Below, piece after piece: positions 41,337-56,868 of a stretch of 64,000 bases of DNA (its first letter is position 1; the number at the start of each line of letters is the position of its first letter). The notes beneath the pieces were generated by a model that was not told where the DNA came from, did not search any database, and saw only the letters and a program-made list of their open reading frames with translations. Source of the stretch: the human T2T-CHM13v2.0 reference genome, Homo sapiens. The position numbers and the translations under genes were made by a program. Where the stretch lies: NCBI RefSeq assembly GCF_009914755.1, contig NC_060939.1; one strand, 5' to 3'.

Positions 41337-42959
41337 TCATCTACTCGGATTAAGAACATAGAAAAGTACATAGACTCACTGAACCGCCAGAGAGCACTGA
41401 AAACTAGTCTGTGGCTGTAGGTATGACTAAGGGGTTTGTGCCAACAAAGGTGCTATGAATCCTAATACTTCACCTAGAATAGAAAGTTGCCTCAAATTTT
41501 TAATATGACCTCTTCCCTGAAGAAAGATCATTGTTTTGATTCTATTCTTAGGGAATATTTGATTATTTGGGGGAATGGAAGTTAAGGAAAGAAGGAGAAG
41601 GCAAGTGGGCTTTGCCTCCTAGGGTTGCTGTGAGGGCTGGATTCTTGGTACAGAGCACAGCTCATCATTAGTGCTCTGTAAGTATTAGCTATTGAAATTG
41701 AGATTAGCATGATTTTTTGCCTATTCCAGAAAATCTTAAGGAAAATAAATTGGATGTCATCCAGGTATCAAAATCAAATAGAGTGCTCTTTTGAATCAAA
41801 CAAAAATAAGTTTTTATATTCTCATCTAAATAAATATTGCATCTCCTACTCCTCCTTCTTCTTGTACCTTCTGGCTATCTCTTTCCACCACTGCAATCTC
41901 TGACCCATACACACTCCCCAGAGTTACACATCCAGATGAAAAGATATCAATGTAAATACATAGGAACAGGTAAAACTCATCACATCTCAATGACTAGGGG
42001 TGTGCATGAACCATGTTGGGCTTCAGGTTTCTCATCGGTAGGTTATGTGTTCAGTTGAAATAATCATTCATTCAATTATTTACTTATTGGACAAACATTT
42101 TTAAGTGCCTACTGTATGTCATGCTAGACTCTGAGGATGTGAGGAAAAATAAGACAGTCTTATCCTTAAACCCCTTATTAAATGAATCAGTTTATATAAT
42201 AACTATATTTTCTCAGTTGAAATACATCAACAGCATTCTAAAAGGAAGGTACAGTGTGTCAACATACTGGTATCAAAGTAGAACAATATTCACTTGTGTT
42301 TTAGTTTCTTCTTATATAAGACACCTACCACGTCTCTCTCATACACTCTGATTAAAGCATATATCTGTTCCTTCAATGTTGGCGTCAGTCTTCCCTATCT
42401 ATTGTGTAGACTTGGTCTTTTCTAGACTGTCATTCAGCCAAAACTCCTATTAAGGGATCTGCCAAAAACAAAGCTAGCATTTCAGAAATTTAAATGTAGT
42501 GACTCGTTAAGACTGGAGAGTTATATAAGACTTTCCTTCCTACTTGAAAGAGTAAGGACTGGTTTCAAAGTGAAAGGTGATGATTGCACAATGCAGCCAA
42601 TTCAATTTATCAGGCATTGATTGCAGCCTATTCTGTGCAAGACTCTGTATTGATGTTGTGGGTATGAAAGTGACTAGGACCTGCCGTTCCAGCTTGGAGG
42701 TTCATTACCTTACAGATGCAGGACATGATTTCTAAGGATGTCATAAAGGTGCTAGTAAATATGGCTATAACATGGTTCAGTCACTGGGAGGGCTGGGAAA
42801 GAGGAGGTTACATTTAGCACAAACTGATGTACATATTCTCATTTAGGTAAGTATTAGAGTGTGTCTCCTATTTCTACCTTCCTCATATGCCTTCTCTAAA
42901 ATGGGCTTCATTCCTTACACATTTAATCAAGAACATGAGAAAAAAGTGATAAATCTTGA

Positions 42960-44095
<1,136 letters not shown>

Positions 44096-44784
44096 TTGGG
44101 AACAGCGTTCATAGCAGTATGCCTTAAGCTGGGACTTGGAGAATAATGGTTCTTCAATGCATGAAAGCAATTCCTGTGAGATCACTTAATGCCTGTTTCC
44201 CTGGTCAAACATGCTCCATGTGGGTAGAGTCGGAGTCTGCATTATTCACTGCTGGGTGTTCAAAGCCCAGCACACTGTCTGACACATTAGTGAAATTCAA
44301 TACTTATTCAATAAATGATTAAGTGAATAAGTAAACAAATGATTTGCAAGCTCCCAATGCAACTTATATTAATGAGAAGCAAAAGAGCTTTAGGAGGAGG
44401 AGATGAACTTAGAAAGCCAGCCTGGGATCTGACTGTGGGAGGCACTGGAAGCCAGTTCATGGAGATGGGCTGGTGTTTTATTTGTTAAGCAAATGAATGG
44501 TCTTAAGACAGGCTGAGCTGCACTGTCTGTGCTAAGGCTGTCTGATGGATGCATTTGAGAAGATAAAGCCTGCAAGCTGAGAACCTGTAGCAGGTTTTTG
44601 GTACTCAAAGGGAGAGATGACAAAAGTTGGATCTAAGAAGATATTATAATGTTATAGATGGTATAGTGGAATTATCTGTAGAATTGAGAAACTCATTGAA
44701 TTGGAAAAGAAAGAAGAATCTCTGAGATAGAGTACAGCAAAAAGTTTTAAAACAAATGTATACAAATCAATTCATGTAAGACAC

Positions 44785-45147
44785 TTACTGCTGAATGAAT
44801 AGTGCCCCCAAAATTCATCTGTTGAAGCCCTAGACCCCAATGTCACTATATATGGATAGTCTAAAAGAAGGGAAGTAATTAATGATAAATGAAGTCATAA
44901 GGTGAGGCGCTGATAGGATAGGATCAGTGTCCTTGTAAGAGACCCTTGCTCTCTCTCCACCACATGAGGACATAACAAGAAGGCAGCTGTCTGGAAGCCA
45001 GGAAGAGGGCCCTCGCCAGAGACTGAATCAGTAGAGCATCTTGATATAGAACTTTATAGCCTACAGAGCTAAGAGAAAATCAATTTCTGTTGTTTCAACC
45101 ACGCAATCTATGGTGTTTTGTTATGGCAGCCTTCACAGACTAATACA
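44785..45147 (+). mobile_element. MLT1 (A/B-like) solo LTR
   Basis: cccccaaaattcatctgttgaagccctag...gaagccaggaagagggccctc...ttgttatggcagcc...gactaataca. Confidence 0.88.
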
Positions 45148-46979
45148 ACCCGAGAGAAATTCTTTAGGAGTCTGACTCCTATAGAACTAGTTAAACAACA
45201 GTGGATACATTTTAGAATTAAGCTGAAAAAGGTCCAGATATAAATCCTGTTTCTTGTAATTAAAAGATGTGTGAATTTTGGCAAGTTACTTATCACAGCT
45301 AAAATTTCTCTATCTGTGCAAATACAAATATGCCTTCTCCTTAAGATTGGTGGTGATAATTTTTAAAAAGTTGTGTTTTGTACATGTAGCCTAGCACCTG
45401 GCATGAGTTGCTATTCATTAGGAAATGTGAAATCTTTTCCTTGTCCTAACACCACAGCAATGTATCTAGACTAAATTCTGTCCCACTGCTTCCTGAATGC
45501 TCTTGAAATGACTAGGCAGAGAAAGATTATGGGCACCTTCATGTTTATGTTAGATAATATTTCCCAGAGGTAACACTGCTGGGTAGAAGTATTAGTCTAA
45601 CCTTTAGACCTCTTGCCAATTTAGCTCCAAGTTATAAAATGGCTCACTTAATTTTGAACTTAAAAGTTCCAGAAACGATGTCCAGCTCTACTCTCCCTCA
45701 TAGGAGACTAACACAACTTCATTTATTTCATCTTCAAAAAAAATCTGTGAGATATTTATATCTTCTCCAATGTATGAGTGGGGAAAATGAGGCTGGGAGT
45801 GTCTAGGGGACTTTCTCAACATCACAGAGCTAGCAAATGGCCTCATAGAGATAAAAGTCAAGTTGGCTTGAAGGTGAAGTCCCTACTCCTTCCCCAACAC
45901 TGCACTGTCGGCTATAAAACTTGAAGGGTGTTTTGGGACATAGCTGGAGAAGGAGGGAAATGTTTTCATGAGCCAGACTCTGACGATTGTGTTCAGCACA
46001 TTTCCTAAGGTGGATTTTCTGCTCTGTGTCTGCCTTTCATTCAGCAGCATGTTGTGAAACAGCCACAATTTAGCCCCAGGTGCTCTTGGCTGAGAATGAG
46101 TTCTTAGAAAGCTGGCATGGATGTTTTTTTTCTGTCCCACACTTACAGTAATTACAAATAAGGGGTACTCTATGTGGTTGCTCCTACCCTATAATTTTGT
46201 TTTCAGTTGCCAAGATTAGTAAATTTGAGGTACAATCACTGGGTTGGATTGCAAACCTAAAGTTATTTTTGCTGTGAATTCTCTGAGGTTACAAGTAAAT
46301 TTTAAAATGTTTGTTGTTGCTATAGATCAGTTTCAGAATTTGCTAGCTTAACTTCATCTTTCTTCTCTCTCTTAGTGTATTTCTGGAGTCCTTTGCAGAA
46401 GATCATTTGGGTTCCTTTTTGTTTTTTCTGTCTTTCTTTCTTTCCTAAAGTCAAGCTGAATTGAATTATATAAAGACTTAAGAGCCAATGCTTGTGAAAA
46501 ATCTATAGTATAATTATCTTAAAAGTTGACCCCAAAAAAGCTATGCCAGCATTCATTGAAATATACATGTTTAGGGTAGAAAATATTAATATCGTAGAGA
46601 TAATCTATAAAGCTAGAAGACATGTGGAGTTAAAGCAAAAATGCATTAGCAAGATTTGAAATGCAAACTTTGAGATTGAAGATATATACCATTCAATCCC
46701 TATTAAATGAATTTGCAAGTCAATCCTTGAACTATCATGTATTTATGCAGTTCTAATGAAGTATCATGGATTTAGCTCTGTTCTGTCAGAGAAGGCAGAC
46801 CAGTAGCATGTAGCAGAATCTCAAGGCTTGTGAGGATAAGAAGGTGGCTAAATTAGCTTATTCTCACAGGTCTTGAGATCTTGACTACTATGAGAAGATG
46901 CTTAGGACATGTTTGTTAAATGAGGGTCAACTTGGTTGTAAATATAATCACATGAACGAAACAGTTTGGGACTTTGTAA

Positions 46980-47540
46980 TATGAATATATTTACAGGTTG
47001 CAAGGAAGAGAAGATTCAATAAAATGAATTTTTAAAAGTAAAGAGAATGTATCTCTTCACAAAAGAGAAGAGTTCAAGGGCATGGTTGGCCTCAGGTAAG
47101 CAACAAGCCTCAGCAGGGACTCAGTTTCTTTTTCCCCACAGTCTTCCTTCCATGATGTTGCCCAATTCTTAGCTCTTGATTGTTGGTGGGCACGTGGCTG
47201 CCAGCAGCTCCTGGGACTGCATGTGTTCAGCTTCATGGTCAGTGATACACAGGGAGTCTACTCCCCTGAGAACTCAAAAGAAAACCCCTAGGATTGACAA
47301 GTGTTGACACAAATTTTGTCATGGACCCATCTCTGTGGCCCTGCGGATAAAACGGATAAAATAGTGTAACTGGCTTAGCCCACATCAATCGCCTGCTCCA
47401 ATTCTGGGGCCAGATTGTGACATCTACTCCTCCAGAGTGAGAAAATGGCAGGTCCCTTGAAGAATCAGGGTACAGTTGTTGCAGGAAGGGGAATGAATAT
47501 TGGATGAGAAATACAATAAATGTCAAAGGACGTGCCACAT
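46980..47540 (-). mobile_element. Old MLT1 (K/L-like) LTR
   Basis: Antisense motifs ggttgcaag, tggctgccagcagctcc, gtcatggacccatctct, ggggaatgaatattgg. Confidence 0.6.
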
Positions 47541-47708
47541 ATACGTTGAGTGCTATAAGCCTTCAAGGAAGGGAAAACCAACCAGGCCAGGTGTGGTCAA
47601 AGAAGACTTCACAGAGAGGCCGTATCTGGAGGGTAGATGGTATTTATTTAATTTTACAATAAAGATATGAGTTATTTTGTAAAAACTTTGTAAGAAACTT
47701 GGAAAATA

Positions 47709-48027
47709 GTCCAGGCTCCGTGGCTCACGCCTGTAATCCCAGCACTTTGGGAGCCCGAGGCAGTCAGATCACGAGGTCAGTAGATGGAGACCATCCTGGC
47801 TAACACGGAGAAACCCTGTCTCTACTAAAAATACAAAAAAAAAAAAATTAGCCAGGCGTGGTGGTATGCACCTGTAATCCCAGCTACTTGGGAGGCTGAG
47901 GCAGGAGAATGGCATGAACTCAGGAGGCAGAGCTTGCAGTGAGCCAAGATCCACCACCACTGCACTCCAGCCTGGGCCATGGAGCAAGACTTGGTCTAAA
48001 AAAAAAAAAAAAACCAAAAAAAAAAAA
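47709..48027 (+). mobile_element. AluY
   Basis: gaccatcctggctaacacgg, aggagaatggcatgaac, gagcttgcagtg and an A-tail. Confidence 0.92.
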
Positions 48028-49435
48028 CCTTGGACTTTCAGCGTGTCTCTCCCTGAAGCTCAACATGCCCCATAACCTTGACTCTGCAATGAGTCTCCTT
48101 CTTCACAGCCACTGTTTTCTTCACTGAGGGCCTTGCATGAGTGGTGGAGAAAGAAGACTGATCATACCCCGATCCCTACACTATCTTCCGGAAAAGTGGA
48201 TTCCATCCTGGCAACTAAAGAGATGGCGGAATCCACTGTTAAGACTCTTCAGAGTCAGGAGCAGCAAGACATCAAGAAGACCCAGATATTAGCGCCATCT
48301 TCCTCACTATCTATACAACCCTGTAAAAAATGCACTTCACTTGTTTGACTTTTGGTTTCCTCAACTGCCACACAAAGGGTGGAGTACATGACCCTGTGAG
48401 TTTCTACTGGCTTTTAGAAATTAAGAGCAGATGAGTGTAGGAATTGCAACCTCAGTGCCTTGCAGAGGAGTACCCCTGAACATTAGACATCCTTACAATG
48501 TAATGGTTCATGGAGGAATCTTCATCTCCTGTCTCCTTGGTTCAGTCTCCCTACCCCTCCTTTTACATAGGTGTTTTTGAGTCAGTCTGGTATTGTGACA
48601 TCACAGCTTGGGTAGAAATCCTGGTTCTCTCACTGAGGAGCAGTGGAATTTTCAACAAATTTGTTAATTTCCCTGAGCTTCTGTTTTCTCATCAGTGACA
48701 GGGGCATCCTAACATCCCCACAGAATCTCAAAGGGACTATGAGGCTGAAAGAAGCAAGGCATATGGAATGCCTCATCCAGCGATGGGTGCAGAGAGGTGA
48801 TTTGTGTCTTATGTCCTATAATTCTGATGCTTTCAAAATGTATTCTGCATATGTGTATGTTTGTGTGTGTGTGTTTCTAACTTTATAGATTGCATCAGCA
48901 CATACTCGTTATCTATGTCATAACACTTTGTCCATCTTTCCTACTGCCCAGTAGAAAGCTAAACACACAAACAGAGTACCTTGATATTGATCAATAGCAA
49001 TGATATGGCCAGAAGAATAAACATTTCTGCCTGCAGAGAATAGGATCTAGACAGAGTCATGTAGGGGTTCTGCTCTGCGCCTACCACATGACTTTGAGGA
49101 GTCATTTAACTATGTCAGTATTCTAGAATATCAGTGTTAAAATAGGAGTGACAAGTGTTTTGAGGAGTCACGTCAATAAAGAACAGTGTTTCATACATAG
49201 CTGGAAATGCAGAAGTATAAATTATTAATTCATCTTATAAAGATTTTTCACAAGACAAAACTCCAAGTCTTCTCCTTCTACTAAGTCTTTTAAATCCCTT
49301 TTCCACAGCACTCAGGGATTTTCTGCTCACTAACGGCAAGTCCTCAAGGTGATCTGAGAAAGGCATCTTGCAGACTGGGAGATGGAGAAGCCTGCTTTCC
49401 CCCATCAGCCCTGTGAGCTGAGACTACACTACATG

Positions 49436-49460
49436 ACACACACACACACACACTCACACA
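49436..49460. repeat. (CA)n microsatellite, interrupted
   Basis: acacacacacacacacactcacaca. Confidence 0.85.
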
Positions 49461-51099
49461 CTCCAAGAAAATAAATGACTGAGCGTGGGTCTCACACGTG
49501 CCTATGCAGACACCACCATAGTGACCCCAGATCGTTCTCACTTCCAAGTCCCATGCAAAAAAGAGGAGGTTCTGAGGCTGTCTCAGGCTTCCAGCAGGTG
49601 CGGAGGAGGCTCTCACACTCTGTACATCCCGAGAACTCTGTTTCCCTTCCATTTATTTCTGTGGCACTGACTGTGTGTGCAACGAGCCGTGCTGCAGCAG
49701 AGATACCCCAGAGAAAGAGGAAACCCGTTGAGCTATTTTTCACCATTACATACTTCACTTCCTAATAAATGAGATCCAGAGCATGCAAACAGCCAGTCTT
49801 GTAGATCATCATCTTAGGGAAAATCACAGACCTAACGCAGCACAAAGTAAAAAATAAATGAACCCAGAGGAGAGTCATTCTGCTGATATTTGAGACTATA
49901 GCTCTCTTCTCATAGCATTCTATTCCTCTCTAGAAGTTTTTGCACCTCAGAAAAGTATCAGAGCTCTAATGTTAGTGGAAAAATAAAATAAAACAAATGC
50001 TAGATTCTTCTCTGTCCTTATGCCAGCTTATTTTCACCTCTAGAAAGAGATTGGTATGTGATAGTAGAGAGCAACTCAGTTGAGACCAAGTCCTGTTTCA
50101 TGGGATTCAGTCTCTGGTGATCCCTGGGTAAGTGGCATGAATTATGAGGATTTCATCAGCTACCTTTGCCCAGCAGCATACCAGACTATATTTCAATACT
50201 GTAACAGAACTTGAGCAGGTGAACATGTGACCTACCTATCCCTGGTCTGCAGAGCTCAGGTATGCTATGGTGCCTTGGCTTCCACGGCTCTCTTCCAGTC
50301 TGTGTGCTTTTTCTTGGTCCTCTGGCAGAAAAGCTCCACATTTGGATGCAACCGCAAGTGTTGAGGTCACCAGCACTGTTCACTGTGTCAACTAAGGGAA
50401 TCAATGGACAGTAATACAATCTGTCCGTGTCCACCAGGGAATATAATATTTCACACAGAAAATAGCAAAATACTCCCACGGCCCCGGGGCAATATCCTGA
50501 AGTTGTTTGAGGTGAAAGAAAATAAGTGTCTTTTGGGCAAAAGAATGTAGACTCTTTAGCAATAAACTTGTGCTGCTTTCATCTTATGGCATCTGAATAC
50601 TTATTCTGATTCATTCCAGGTGAGAAAAGGACATGACTCTCCCGGGAACACAAGTGTGTGAGATTTCCTTGCCCACTTTTTTTGGCCTTAAAGTCATCTG
50701 AGATGATGAATTAGTCTTGCCAAAAGCTTATGATTTTCTAGTCAATTTTAAAAACTTTACCTAGTAGATCTTCAATCCTCTAGAAAACTCATGATGCTCT
50801 TTCTCCTGAGCAGGGTAACAGGGATTGCAGAGATAACAAAATTATCTCTGATAACCTTCATCATACCACCCTTGCTCTCTCGGGCCATTTCGATACTCTC
50901 GGTGAAGCTGAGGGGTATCAGAGGAAAATCAAAGAACTATGACTCGAGAAACCAGTTCGAGTCTTTATGATTTCAGGGAAGTCGTCTTACCATTCTGAGT
51001 TCCACTTGTATATACAAAATGGGAAATAACATTTACTCTGTGTAGGTCTTGGGTTTGTCGGGAGGAAGATTTGGGTAGAGATTGTTTTGCTGCTTCTGG

Positions 51100-52060
<961 letters not shown>

Positions 52061-52316
52061 GTTTTGTTTTTTTTTTTTCCCAAATTGCTTTTACACTCTA
52101 TTATACTATTGGAAATTGTAAAACGCTTTATGGAGGAAGGACAAACTGTTTACTTCATGTTCTCAGTCTCAGAGGAATAGAAGGTAGACAATTCCATGGA
52201 ACATTCTGTTCATTCCAAGCCTTACAATCCTGATGCTGGACATGACCTTCTTTGAAGTTGTCCTCCAATTGTGGGCAGCTATTTTTCTCTCAAAACTATG
52301 CAATTCAGGTAATTGA

Positions 52317-52908
<592 letters not shown>

Positions 52909-54570
52909 TTAGGGTATTATTTTTACTCAAGGGCAGGCATTGGAACTGAGCAGATTATTTATTTTATACACTTTAAACTATTTTGAGCTGTAAGGGATGT
53001 TAGCCTTGACCTAGAAGATTTCAGATGCAAAGCCTCCTTTATCAAAAATCTTCTCTTTACGTGAGTAAAGAGTAAGAGGACTTGGCCATTTTCCTCTGGT
53101 TCAAAGACCCATCTCCCAGACTTTTGTCCACAGGTAGTCGTAGATGCCTTCCTCAGGCTTGAAAATTCTGGTTTGGTTAAACTTTCTGCTGTTCAGATAA
53201 AAAACAGCAGCAATTTTCTGCTTGAATTTCTCTGTGACTAAATCCATTGATCATCCTTTCTCTCTGTGAGTGAGAAGTGTGTTTTCTCCTTAATAACTCC
53301 TATTCTTCTCCCTGGGTTATTTTTTCCCCTTCACTTGTTTGTGTTGTGTTGGTCAGTTCTACATGCTATTCCTCTGAGAGACAGAGAGAGCGCAAAATTG
53401 AAGTTATTTTATGCTTGGGCTCCCTCGGTCCCAATTTTCAAATCTTCATGTCAATTTTCACACATCAATGTCATGTGGTGAATGTTATGGAAATTTCAGT
53501 GGGGTCCTTGGGAGGCAATTTATACATGAATCCCTCCCCCTACCACCATCCTGCTGCAATTCCTGTCTTTTCTCAGAATAAGTGGATCTATAATTAATGT
53601 GGATTTTAAAATATAACGGCATTCACAATTCTCATAGCAGGTTTTCCATGCCATGCCTTCTTTGCAGTATAAACACAAAAGCATAAATGCTTGCTAGCTC
53701 TCTCTCCTAATAAATGGGCTTGTGTAAAAGAAATAAAAATTACAGTTTGTTGGCGGTAAAGAGCAACTAATTACTCAGGAAGAAGCATGTTTTTATTTTT
53801 CAAAACTGCACTGAAAATGGTTTATCATGCAATAAATTTGCTAATCACCAGTTAGGAAACAGAGTGCCATCTCCACCTACCCACAGCGACTTTCTTTGAA
53901 AGTTAGTATGTTACAGTTTGGATAGCAAATTATATCCTTTTGAAAATGAACATGACAGAAGACGTTCATTGAATAGCTTAAAACTCCTCAGCAGTCAGCG
54001 TTCAAATTGCGTAAACAAGAGCATTCTTAATGGTGCCCAAAGATAGCAACCACTGACCCTGGCTCTGCTTCGCGAGCACACCATCCCTGACCCGTTCGAT
54101 GAAGATAATCATCGTTTTCTTTTGCTCTTTCTCCTTTCACAGTGAAAGTGGAAGACTTTCAAATGTAGAACACAGGGTCATCCTCCATGTTTTCTCTTTC
54201 CTCCAAAACACCCTTTTTCTTAGCCCTTTGACCTCTGACATCTATAAATGTTGATTTCTAATTGATTTGTGTTGATTTCTTTTTTTTTTTTTTTTTTCAG
54301 AAGAATCTACAGAATCACTTTCTTACCCAGAAGAGCAGGAGCTCAGCTTGGTGCACTTGAGCTTATACCAGCTAATAGCGGGTCCAGTTCTTCCTTGCTA
54401 CTGGCCTGCTCTCCTGGTTCCAAGGTAGCAGCATTGTTCTCCCCAGAGAGGACTTCACTGAATATGCTCATCAGTGATGTTGGCTGAACTCCCCTGCTCC
54501 AACTGTCACTCTCTCCATGACTCTGTCACACGTTCTTCTTAGACTTCTTAATATTAAAAAAGCATCCCCT

Positions 54571-54800
54571 GGCCAGGCACGGTGGCTCACGCCTGTAATC
54601 CGAGCACTTTGGGAGGCCGAGGCAGGCGGATCACAAGGTCAGGAGATCGAGACCACGGTGAAACCCCGTCTCTACTAAAAATACAAAAAAAATTAGTTGG
54701 GCACAGTGGTGGGCACCTGTAGTCCCAGCTACTTGGGAGGCTGAGGCAGGAGAATGGCGTGAACCCTGGAGGTGGAGCTTGCAGTGGGAGGGAGGGGGGG
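54571..54800 (+). mobile_element. AluYd-type element, 3' end replaced by a G-rich tract
   Basis: 12-bp left-monomer deletion (gagaccacggtg instead of gagaccatcctggctaacacggtg) plus Y diagnostics. TSD AAGCATCCCCT at 54560-54570 and 54801-54811. Confidence 0.88.
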
Positions 54801-55333
54801 AAGCATCCCCTTTATTTGTGTGTTTATTGGTGTATAATCTGGTTCTCCTCTAGAAGGTAAGTTCTATTAGAAGAAGACACCTTTCCGGTTTGATTATTTC
54901 TGTCTTACCAGTGTCTACAAGAACATCTGACATAGAATTACTTTTGAAATGTACTGAATAAATCAACAAACGAATGCATGAATGAACATTTTGCTTTTTT
55001 ATTTCTACCTCACAAAGCAAGTCATTTTTATACCACAATTTAGCTCACCTGCCACCCCTCAGACATACAGGTGTCTAGAGGTAACGCAGCTTTTGGCATA
55101 AAATTTGGGAAGAGGTATTCATGGAATATTTCCTTTTGATGAGAAGAAAGCAGCTGTAAATTTTGTGATCATCCTTCCTTTATTTAGAGTGAATGCATTC
55201 TGTGGGAAGTTTATCATTAAGGCTGCTTTGTAGTAGAATGTCACCAAGTCACCAGCCCTAGTGTGCAGTGTTCCTACTGCATCGAAGAAGACACCCACTG
55301 GCCAGGACACAGGTGTCTCAGAGCAGCCTTTCT

Positions 55334-55510
55334 TTTTTCCTTTTTTTTAAAAAAATAATTCTTTTATAATTTTTTTAAGTTCCAAGGTACATATGCAGGA
55401 TGTGCAGGTTTGTTATATAGGTAAGCGTGCACCATGATGGTTTGCCGCACCTAACAGCATATCACCTAGGTATTAAGCCCAGCATACGTTAGCTCTTTTC
55501 CCTAGTGCTC
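55334..55510 (-). mobile_element. Severely 5'-truncated L1PA 3' end
   Basis: ggtacatatgcaggatgtgcaggtttgttatatagg...cctaggtattaagcccagcat. TSD AGAGCAGCCTTTCT at 55320-55333 and 55511-55524. Confidence 0.92.
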
Positions 55511-55711
55511 AGAGCAGCCTTTCTCACCAGTTGTGCAACTGTGAGCAACTCACTGGCCCTCTTTGTGTCTCAGTTGTCTCATCTGAAAATTCACCATCAT
55601 AATCCCTACCTCACCTCTTTGCCCAGATTCATTAGAATGAAATGTAAATGGTGTATATGACACTATTTTGTAAACTATCAAGAGCCATGCAAATAAAATA
55701 CTTTGGTTAAC

Positions 55712-55744
<33 letters not shown>

Positions 55745-55789
55745 ATATATATATATACACACACACATATACATAGAGAGAGAGAGAGA
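55712..55789. repeat. Compound microsatellite (TG)n(TATG)n(TA)n(CA)n...(AG)n
   Basis: Seen directly. Confidence 0.92.
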
Positions 55790-56564
55790 AAGGGCAAAGA
55801 TGCATTAAAATCAAAGAAAATGCTTTTTATGTGGTGATTTTTTTGTCCTCCCTGAGCTATAATAAAGGAAGACAAGAATTTCACCATTTTATAGACCAAT
55901 AAATTGAGGGCTAGGAAAGCTGTGTTGTGCCCAGCATCATAGACAGCACTGTCTATGTGTGGAATTATAACAGGCCCAAGATCTCTAAGTGATTGGTGCA
56001 GTAATTTTATTTCTAGAGTGGTGCAGTAATATCTGATTTTCCTTCAAGAGGGGAACTGGTTTCTGAGCGCAATGCTGCAGTTGGGCCTTGGGCTGAGGTC
56101 TTAGCAGGCAAGTTACCAGGAATGGCTCGACATGGTCAAAGAAAGAAAATAGGGTAAGAACAAACCTAGGTCCAGAAAACGAAATCAACAGAAAACCTAA
56201 GTTTAGGACAAACTTGGACCAGGAATGGCAAAGGCAAAACACTAGCATCTGGGAAAAGACGTTATTAGATAGGGAGGCAGAGAGTATAGGTAGGATCAAA
56301 GCCAGAAAGTCCACAACTTTCTATATCAATAGCTTTGAGATGGCCAAATATGAAGGCTGGGGCTACAATGAGATCTTTATTTAATTAGTGGCCCAGGCTG
56401 ATCCAAAGATACAGAGGTAGCTATACAAATTATACCTCACCATAGGTTCTTCCATAAAGAAAGGGAGTCTATTATAAGCCTGTAGAACTTCTCATGTAAT
56501 ATGACTACAGAAAGGGAAGAAGCAAAGACAAACTCCTCTAACCCAATGTCTTCACCCAAATGAA

Positions 56565-56868
56565 GACTTCCCAGAATGGATATGGTACCTATGGGCATAA
56601 CTTCAAAGAGACAAATCATCTGGGGAAACATTATTTTAAAGAAAGTTGTAAAGTTTCTGTACTGCAGGACTTATCAGGGCTTTTAATAGTTGTTTAATAA
56701 TAATTGTGGGCAATAACAATGCTCTTTGAATTTTGAAAAGTAGTTCACAATGGATTCCAAGCAGAGTATGTGGTATTTCCTACAGGTACTTCAATAAGGA
56801 ATATATATTTTTTGGAATATTTTTATGGACTAGTGTTCCACAGCATATAATTTGTATACATTGCTCTA
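56565..56868. mobile_element. hAT-Charlie remnant (Charlie4-like)
   Basis: actgcaggacttatcagggcttttaata...ggactagtgttccacagcatataatttg resembles recollected Charlie motifs. Confidence 0.45.

Noticed and set aside
48222-48348. Short ORF with good Kozak context (MAESTVKTLQ...)
   Set aside because: The 3' part is MIR-like, with no promoter or splice support and no recognisable homologue.
49093-49170. 12-bp direct repeat tttgaggagtca; similar short repeats near 47344 and 55994 and a 9-bp palindrome at 55938
   Set aside because: Short enough to arise by chance or slippage; some lie inside old repeats.
55049-55153. 105-nt open - strand segment ending at a strong donor (cag|gtgagc)
   Set aside because: The acceptor lacks a polypyrimidine tract; 35 open codons are common by chance; peptide unrecognised.
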